Assembly (NCBI RefSeq): GCF_040938485.1
Contig: NW_027271032.1
Location: 3,286,001-3,350,000 of the forward strand
Direction of reading: 5' to 3'
Length of the DNA: 64,000 nucleotides
Origin: Diadema antillarum
Taxonomy: Eukaryota
In this document: positions 33,822-44,069 of the stretch, in pieces
Numbering within the stretch: position 1 is the first letter of the stretch
Layout: each line of letters begins with the position of its first letter
Position numbers and translations under genes: made by a program
Notes under the pieces: model-generated
What the model was told of the DNA's origin: nothing
What the model saw: only the letters and a program-made list of their open reading frames with translations
The model's database searches: none

Positions 33822-34601
33822 NNNNNNNNNNNNNNNNNNNNNNNNNNNNNNNNNNNNNNNNNNNNNNNNNNNNNNNNNNNNNNNNNNNNNNNNNNNNNNN
33901 NNNNNNNNNNNNNNNNNNNNNNNNNNNNNNNNNNNNNNNNNNNNNNNNNNNNNNNNNNNNNNNNNNNNNNNNNNNNNNNNTAGGTCTGACACCTGCACGC
34001 CTATCATCACTTATACATCATACTGAGGGAAATATCTCATGCGGAGCACGCATGTACATCAATAGGGGCGGGGGAAAGATTCAAAATCAGGGGGGGGGGG
34101 GGCTTTCTTTTTTTAACTGTTTTACTTCTTCTTTTTTTTAGGCATTAAGAGATACTGTATTCAAGTTTTCAGGGAGCCTCCTGCAGAATACAGAGGACTT
34201 GGCAGCTGTGCACTCACAATGTGAGACGGTCCCACACACTTGGAAGGTTTATATCGTGACTGTTCATGTCCCTCTCATCCAACGTTAGCAACGTCACCTA
34301 AGTTTAGAATGCTCCAAAAGTGGAATTTGGTGGGCACTGTACATACAGCTTGTGTGTTAGAGGTTCCCGCACACCCCAAGGTTACAGTGGCAGTTATGCC
34401 CTCTCAGCCACTTTGGGCATGGTCTCAGTGACCAGTAACACCCGACTCAGAGGGACATGAGTCGAAGTGCTTCAGGAGCACACCTTGGGCACTGCTTTGT
34501 GAATAAATTGGGTAGGAAACTCATTAAATCAGCAGGCAAACTCATTGAAATTTGAATTAGTCTGAGAGGAGTGTGGTCTAATGCTTCTGGTCAAAACTCA
34601 C

Positions 34602-34729
34602 CCTGGGTAGGGGTCGGCCACATTGAAGCGCTTGCACAGTAGCTTGTCAGGATGCCATTCCAGTGAGTCACGGGTAAGCTGACCAAACATCTTCATTTCG
34701 GCTGCTTTGCTTTGGTCGTTTTCATCACC
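34602..34729 (-). CDS. GPATCH1: GPATCH1 detected exon 11
   Basis: tacag|[44 protein letters not shown]|gtgag. Confidence 0.95.
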
Positions 34730-36597
34730 CTGTAACAAACCAAGAAGTGAAAACAGGGACTTTGACGAAGTTCGGGTAAAAGGTGTCTATCATTTCACTT
34801 TTTAATGGCTTTGGGGACATTTTTACCAAGGATACTTCACTAACAGTTTCAATTTGATGTAAGTCCATTCATAGATCTTTCTTTACTCAGAAATGAGGAC
34901 TACGTTTGTAGCTTTGCAATCTTCAAATTAGTCAAGAAGAAAATATCAATTCAGTGATACTCACCCCTGACCTTTCCAATAGCCCCCCCCCCCCAAAAAA
35001 AAAAACCAACAACAACAAAGAGAGAGTCCTCTTTTGCAGGCAGCCGCACAATTTTCAGGCTTATATGATATTTGATAAAAACAGTTAAAATCTCCCCACA
35101 CTACCTAGAATGATTCATTACACTTGTTACAAACCATGAAGAACTAGCATGGGACACAGTATATCCCAACTTGATGATAGTTTAAATCTCTTCCCACAAA
35201 CTCATGCTTTGCAATCCACAACCCATTCCTTAAAAATCAGTACTTATCAGGCTTCGAACCTATGACCTCCTGATCACCGGACAGGTGTCATCTCTACCAG
35301 ACCACCAAGCTTTGTCCGACAGCAAGTGCTGGTTCTAATCCTTATAGCATGTAGCAGGTACTGCGTAATTATTCAAATTCATGAAATTCTTCCGTCAAGA
35401 TGTTTTCATTGCAACTGATTGATAAATTGCCCTACATCATGCCCTAATAAGCACTGAATTGATCAGTGTTTTAGTAGTAGCCATGATAAAAAATCATGGA
35501 CGTACGTACTCAAGCAAGATTGGAACCTACAACCTCCTGATCACCAGACAGGCGTCATCTCCACTAGACCACCGAGCTTTCGCCCAACAGCAAGTGTAGG
35601 TTCTAATCCTTATGGTATACGGATTATACGTACGCCCATGATTTCTTTATCATGGCTACTACTTAAACGCTGATCAATTCAGTGCTTATTTACATCAATG
35701 TAGGGTAATTTGTCAATCAGTTGCAATGAAAACACCTCGACAGAAGAATTTAATGAATTTGAATAATCAGGCTTGCAGGGGAAAAAAAAAGAACAGCACA
35801 ATAAGACTCACCCCAGTCTCTGCCTGCACCTCTACCGTGTCATCCGCATCGCTGTGCTTGGCGCTCACAAAGCGGGATGCCATCATGCCCGACATGGGGC
35901 GGTACAGGGCCGCTGCCCTAGCAAACTCCTCCTGCTCCTGCTGCCGTTCCCACTCCGTCCTGGAGTCTCCTGGAACCGATCCTGGAGGAATAAAACAGCT
36001 AGTGGTAAATCATAAGAGGACACTCCGACTGCCTCCAGTGAAGTTCTGTGAAATCACACCACACTAAGCACTTATAAAGTGCTGTGATGTGGTAGAAAAG
36101 TGTTATACGTATAGACTATATAAAACAACAACTAAATGAATTTCAGCTATCCAATTAGTCGATTGCTCATCACATGACGCGCAATTAACAGTACTGCTGT
36201 TGAGCCTGCAATTCTTTTCTTCCTTAGGATGAGAAAAAAACAAAAACATATTATTGAAATACTGATTATTAAAACATACTAGCTTCTAGCTCTGCTTGTG
36301 TATGTTCCACATTTTAAATCCCATATTTTGATTATCTTTCAGCAGCAGCTGAATACTGTTTGATACACAAAAGATTTAATATTTTATTGACTGTATCAAG
36401 AAACTACTGTAGAATGTTTTTCTTTTTTATCCTCACTAGCCTAATTGGTGCCTAACCTCAACTCCAAGCATTCAAAGCATATCCAAGAACTATCTTACTT
36501 TGGGTTTTGAAAAGCTTTTCAAATGAAGATACATGTTTAACATAACACAGTTTCATACAAAAAATAAAGAGAGAATAAGGGGATTAACATGAATAAA

Positions 36598-36630
<33 letters not shown>

Positions 36631-39600
36631 GCAAAGCAAAGCAAACTGACCTCGCTGCTGATACTTGAGGAAGGCCTCATACCGCTGCTGCTTCTCTGGA
36701 TTCTTCTCAAAGGGCTTGAAGCTGGAGCCACTCCACCCCCCAGCTGATGCAATGGGAGCTCGAGGTGCTGACTCAACAGGAGCCTGCGGGGCTCCTCGGT
36801 CCCATCTGGACCCCCGCTTCTCTTCAGGTTTGGGTGACACCTTGGCAGGCGGCGCAGACTGATCCCTGAATGCCCTGATGCGGGCTAGGTCTTCACTGGG
36901 CAGTGCTTTATCCACTGGGGAATACCCTGGGATGACATAATTTTTTGAAAACAAAAAGGCATCACAATTTAATGATAGAACTATCAGCATGGCTTGGTTA
37001 ATTCTGAGAGCTCTGGTTGATCTTTTAAAAAATGATTCATGCATGTAATACAGTTGTATCTGACATTTGTCAGTTTCATAATAGTGCTAGCCTTTAAAAA
37101 TACATCAGGTGGTTTTCAGCTGTTTTGTTTTCCAAACAACATTCCACAACAGAGTTTCTGTAAATGTTTTCCAGTTACATAATCCTTGAATCTGTCTACA
37201 GCTGTGGCCTAACACTGACTTACGATGTCTGAAAATGGGATATGTTTGTCACACAAGGCCTAGCAACTGGGATACAGGCAAGAAGAAAATACCTCACTTT
37301 AAAGACATATGAAACAAGTCAGTTTTGAGTACAAAAACAACTGTGCAATAATCATTATATAATATTAGAGTCCCATGATTGAGATGGCCATCTCCAAAGT
37401 GGTATGCAGTGCCAAACTGCACAACGTCATTTAAAAAAAAAAAAGTCCACAATAAATACACACTTGATTCCCAATTCGGATCAATTCCTTTCAATTCTTT
37501 CTATCAAAATCTGTCATTTTGGCTGCACTGATTTCACTGTAATCAATTTCTTTTTTGTTGTTGTTGACAGACTAACTTCCACTTCGGGCGAAGAAAAAAC
37601 TTGCACAGACCTACTTGTTTTTTAACACCTCTTAAAAGTAAAACATAGATCCCATATGCCTGCAGAAACCATTGATATTTGGTATTAAAATGGGGATAAA
37701 TGCATGACAATTGTGCGAAATAATGCATGAAAATTGTGCGAAATAATGCAGTGATAACACTATTTCAGTTCGGTAGCAACAAGAATGTGAAATATCAGCA
37801 AAAAAACATTGCAATCTCAGAGCATACCCAATCGTGTGTGCTTCGTAATGTCGTATAATTGATAACAAATTGGGCCACTGCAGTATCTACCAAACTTCTG
37901 CATGAGAGTGAATAGTGAGCAGCTTGGTACGTGTAAGTAATACTGTAGGGCACGATCAGTAACACATAATGTTCTACCTACCCACTACTGAACAGGGAGG
38001 TTCCTTCAGGAAGAAGAACTTGAGTACCTCAATTGTAATTGTTTTACAATTTCAATCTCAAAATATTCCAAAGCGACTCATTGTCTTGGCAAAGAGTTAC
38101 AGCCAGATAAGTTTCTTGGTGGACTCTTTAAATGTATAGCAAGAAAGTTCTAATGGTAAACGATGAATTTTGAGCCCTAATGACAATCGTTTTAGCTTTA
38201 AAGGAGACCTCCGGATGATTTTTAGATCTCTTACATTCGATCGACTATAAAATAGTTATATCGAGGACAGAGTTTCAGAATTTATGATGATTGGGAAGAA
38301 GAGTAAGAATATTTTCAAAATTTATAACGAATTGCAATGAACAAGGATGATGACATGGCAGGGTCACCATAAGAATGCATGAGTTTGGGCTCAAGGAAGC
38401 AGAACAAAAGTAGAAGGCATGTGTAGATTATACACAGGTGAGCTCTTAAGCAAGCAGTATTGTAATGGAATTACTCAGCTCCATTTCTGAAATATGTGAG
38501 CCTCCTATGTCCTCATCCTTGTTCAGTGTAATTTGTTTAAGGTTTTTCAAAGTATTGTTTCTCTTCTTAAGAACCACAATAAATTGCACAAATCTATACA
38601 TGGAGCTGTCGATCTATGTACAACATGATGTGAATTTATGAAAATCGTCTGGAATGTCCCATTAATCGATGCTTTGGACAGATGCAACAAAATTACAGAG
38701 GAAATCTTGACCATCACAGAGAGAGAGAAAGTCTCTCTGCCTCCTACCTGGTAATCTCTCCTCCCCCAGCATTGCTGCCCTCTGCTCAGCACTCAGGGTG
38801 AATCGACTGCTGCCGGACTGGGCACCCATCGCTGGACCAGGCACAGCGGGCGCGGTGGACCTGAACTGGTGGAAGGGGCGGAAGTCCCTCGGCAGAGCGG
38901 GGGGATGAAACACCTTCCAAGGAGGAGATATGGATATAATAATGAATGAATGACAACTTAATCACAACTTAGCTGGTAGCATGCGAGAATATTGGGTGTA
39001 GTCATATTGATAATTGCAATCAAAGAAGGATCAAAGATTATTGCAATCACTGAAATACAAGTTGGAAAATATCCCTTCTGGGTGGAAAAGATCCCTCCTA
39101 AATCATTTGCGTGTGTTTTAATAATCGACAAACGGGGCCTGAGCCTTGACCGTGGCAGAATCTTTGTCAGAGGCAAGTAGCTCGCCACTAGTGGGTATGC
39201 AGTTTTTGGCAGCCTTCTTTTTTTTTTGTGGCTATTTAGTTTATAGGTAGAAAGAGCATGCTAAAGATCAACAACATAATGCTATGACAAGCATGATATT
39301 AAAGTAAGTATTGGATTAGGAATCTGACAAAATTCATAGATTATACATGTTACAAATCAGTAGTCATAAGTATTCTCTTTGGTCCAAGGAATGAAATTAT
39401 CCCAGGAATTTAATTATCATGACACAAAAAAATGCAGCGTACATTGTAGTACTGACAACAATGTGAGTGAAATAACACCAACTAAAAGATGAAATGAAAT
39501 GCAAGTAAGTCCCACTGCTATTTCTACATTCACATTGGTAATCATACCACTAGGGTACTTTTGAGACTGACAATTACAGAGAAACATATTCCTCTTCCCC

Positions 39601-42600
39601 ATGACATTCTAAGTACTAAATTACTGTAATAGCTGACAAAGCACATGCTGGTACAAAACCTTAAAATGGAAACTAGTGAACAAGACTTACCTTTGGTGTG
39701 AGCTTCTTTTTTGAAGCTGCCTTGAAGCCATCCAGAACATCATCACTCCCTAGAAAATTTGGAAGAATTCAAACATTAAGCAAGCACATAGATATTTCTT
39801 GTAATGCTAGCGTCTACACACTGAAGGATGCAGCATCCATGGAGATAGACAAGGACGACAATGGAACTGTGATACCCATGTCTTGCCCGTGCTCCACAGG
39901 TGAGTCAAAAATGGGCCCTTAATCTCCCCCCCCCCCCTCAAAAAAAAAAAAATGAATGAATTAAAAGCAGCAGGGTTCCCAAGAGGGAACTGCTGGATTC
40001 ACACTGAACAAACTTAGAAACTTAAAACTTCAGTTTTTAATAACTTATTCAGAGCACTAACTTAGTTCTATCACTTCTGGTTCTAGAGAAAAAGATTGTT
40101 AGAAGTACTTCATTTGGGGGGTTAGGGGTCCCAGGGGGAATGGCTGCAATACATGTATCTCACTTGAGCCTTTCGCTGAAACAATGTTTCATTTTCTGTC
40201 AAGCTATAATGACAATTTTACTGCAGCGGATGTTCCGCTTTGCATCATTCCTTGATGTCGACTAGAACAAGGAGATGTTAATGTTAAACTTAAAGAAAGA
40301 GGGATGTGATAGAGTATTATATCACCTGTGTGATGTGTGGGAGACCCTGTCCAGCCATACAGCTGTCTGCTAGCCTCCTCCTCTCCCCCCAAGACGCGGT
40401 CGTAATTTGACAGCCGATCAGAGGAGTAGATTTCATCATCTTCCTCTTCAAATGCTCCGATGCCAAACGCCTGGTGAGAAGAAAAAATTGGAAAATTGCA
40501 GACATCTTTAATACTAGAATGTCTTGTGAACAAACGTTACGGCACTATGTGGAGCCAAAGAGCAGAAAAGGTGTATATTACGCAATCTAAACTTACCTGG
40601 AATACTTCAGTCACTTCAACTAAATACCTCATTCCAGAAATGTTCAAGACATGAGGACATAGGTTTTGGAGTGAAAACATAGTTCTGGTCAGGATTTGAG
40701 AACCTGTCTGGCACCATTTCATATTTGCTTGCAATATATCGAAAGAGTCTACCAAGAAACTTACCTGGCTGATAAGATTTGCCGGTATAAGTTGTTTTGG
40801 AGTATTTTGAGATCAAAAGTGTGGTCGGTATACCGACTTTTCTTCCAGAAGGATTCAGGTTAACTCAGTCTCAGGTAAAACTCATCCCTATTCCAAATAA
40901 TTTACACGCAGTTCACGACTGCCATATTCTATACATAGGCGCTTCATAGGCGCACATCAATTTTGCCTCCACACCAAATGGGTTCTTTGATGTGTATGTG
41001 CAAAGTCAATTTTGTAAAAATTGTATCAACTCAGCCAATAACTGCCACCAGCCAGAACGCGGAAGCACTCCCATAGTACAACACTCTACAATCCAGAGGG
41101 ACAACTCAGCCCCGCCGTCAAAGTGAGGCCGAGTTGTCCCCAAGTCTGAGCTAGCATGACCCTGATCGGGTAAGTTCTGAGATTGCGACTCCCGCAAACC
41201 TTTTTGGTTAATATTTCACATTTTCGTTGTGACCCAATGAATATCTTGTTATTATTCAGCATTATTCCACACATTTTCAAGGCATACTTGTACATTTGGA
41301 GCGTAATTTGACAATTTTTGCAGGCGTACCAGGACTATGTTTTGGTTTTAAAGACAGTGTTTACATACTGTATATGTCACCTTGTCACCTGCATCAACCC
41401 TGTCATGACTACATATTGTAATTGCAATTATTTTTTTCACCATTGCCATCACCATCATAGTTTTTTCATCATCATAGTGATCAATATTGACATCCTAACC
41501 ATTCTTCTTATGATGATTATCTCTTATGATGATTATCATCATAACCGCTACTATTACTACATTAATGATATTACTACCATTTCAACTTCTACTAGTTAGA
41601 AAGCTTGGCCATAGAGAAAGGTGACAATCATTTCGGTGTAAAAATTCTACAGTTCTTGATATATTGTACATATTACGTCACTGATACACAAGGCATGTGA
41701 AGGAAAAATGTAATTTCTAACATACATGTAAATCATTATAATCGGGGCATCTGTGCTTATTGTTCTGATGGGTGAGGATATCAGCCCATCAGCAACCTAG
41801 TAAGAGTAAATAGTTACAGGATAGACATCTAAGAGGCAAGACATTCAGAATTATATGGTTGGTATTCAAAGGTGAATTACTGTTTTTCTGCCACTTGTCT
41901 TCCATTATTTGGAATCTACTTGCAATATATCTAAATGCTCTACCAAAAGACAAGTCTGACTGACTTGACTTGACAGGATAATGCATTGTTTGGGAGTAAT
42001 TTGTGATCAAATGTATACAATAATTGCGGTTGTAGTACACAACTTATATTCCCGGAGTGCCCTCCTCTTATAACAGTGGCTTGGTAGAACACTATTAGTA
42101 TGTAATGATCAAATAATGTTCAAGCAGTGGTATTGAATAGCACGCAGTTTAATCTGCACGCAATTCACCCCCATACAATGGATACTGCTATGGCCCAATA
42201 TATTGCTATTGATGTAATCAAATATGAAATATCAGGTAGGCCTACATACGGTATAGCAACCACGTTAAGGTATGCTCGGAGATTCCAACACTTCTGACGT
42301 ACCTTTTTAGATAATATTCTCATTTTTGTATTTTTTAAACTTCCCAAATGACATCGTGCTATCAAAGCATTATTTCACATATGCATATGTCTCCAATTTA
42401 GAATAATATACAACAGTTTCTGCAGACGAATGAGAATTATGCTTTGCCTTTAAGACAATAGTTTGACTCACATGGCCCTTGATTCCCTGCCTCCTGTTCC
42501 GAGACGTCACAGTTCGTCGAACAGTGTCACATGACCACCGAGGACGGACTTGGAGGAGTCCATGCCATGGTAACCGATGCCGTGCACATCATCCTTGAGG

Positions 42601-44014
42601 GCAAAGATGAAGTCCTGGATGTCATCAGGCGCAAACAGGAACCCCCTCATGAAGTCTTCCTCATCCTCATCTTCATCTTCATCATCTTCACTGCCACTTG
42701 GACCATCGCTGTCTCCAGCTTTGTTGCCGCTGTCATCATCCTCCTCCTCACCTGTGACTGGTGGTCGAGCACAGCCATATACCTTGCCCTTTCCTGTAAG
42801 GTTTTATAAAATATTTGTGTATCACTACAAGTTTCTACTGATCATGATTCTTAGGATCTTTGCTTTATAAGATGGAACTTAGTCTAAATCTTAAACCAAC
42901 TCAAGAACCTGCAGTAAAACAATTACAGGTACCCTGTACATATACTGACTTCTAAGGAGTGCATATAAGGAGTTCTACACCTGAATGCCTACTGTATAAG
43001 CTGTTATATTTGTGTACAGATATTCTCATAAACTAGAAGGTCACAGACATTTTCGCGAGATGTTGTTTACGCGAGTTGACACCAACGCTATCTTACGGTA
43101 CATGCATTGTAACCCTAGTGTACATGTATGGCGACACTTTCTCATGTTGTTAAATTCACGATCCAACTGTGATTCGCGAAATTTGCAAAAATTAAACCCT
43201 CACGAAAATAACCGCTTATACAGTATATCACCAGTAAGTGCCATGAACCAGAATACACATATAATGCATGTCATGCCTCACCTTTCTTCTTCCTCTTCTT
43301 TCTTCTCTCAATTTTTGGTCCGATCCCTTGTCCTGGTTTCCAGCCCATTTTGCGTAGTAGCTTCATCCCGATGGTGTCACTGCATGACCAAAAGAACATG
43401 AAACATTAACTTATTGTGTTTTCTTCCACTGCATTATGTTGTGATGATGTGATCAGCAATCAGGATCTATGGGAAAGGACAAGCCAGCAGCCCACAGAAC
43501 AGGAAATATGATGAGATGATGTGGTGATGACTAGGTTACGAGTAAACCCTCCAAAAACCAACTCAAAATATCATCAGGGCAGCACTCAGCTAAAACCCAC
43601 AGGGCAAAAGGAAAGTTTTTTTTTGAATTTTTATTATCATTATTTTTATTATCATTATTATTATTATTATTTTCATGTGGAGAGCAGTGCAGAGACTGGC
43701 ATAGGTCCTGCCAGGCAGTAGAAATCTTGGTGGTGGACCGTGTCTCAAGAGGGATAACAGAAGCCTTATAGAGAGCTATATGTAGCTCAATATCACTGAT
43801 AATCATATCAAAGAATTGATATTATCTGTAAGAATCGATATTTACTGTACTACTTATAACCCACTGAGGATGGACTGATTTTACTACAAGATGCATTTCC
43901 CATAGACACTTGACCGAGTATACTTGGGACTAGTCTTCAACAGGTTAACAGTTAGAATCTAAAGTTGTTTGTAGAAACATTTGTGTGAGTGCACGGGTGC
44001 ATAGGTGTGGTTGA

Positions 44015-44069
<55 letters not shown>

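Noticed and set aside
33753-34141. ORFs spanning the first N gap (and 44404-44827 across the second)
   Set aside because: Their length is an artefact of Ns; only the GPATCH1 exon part at 44661-44815 is real.
34420-34500. Candidate next GPATCH1 exon after 34602
   Set aside because: The acceptor-like site gives GSAQGVLLKHFDSCPSESGVTGH followed by a stop, with no similarity to the expected VGLP..KFSVFNF.
35247-35578. Functional tRNA genes
   Set aside because: Acceptor stems do not pair well, one B box is mutated and the copies are embedded in a repeat; treated as tRNA-derived repeats.
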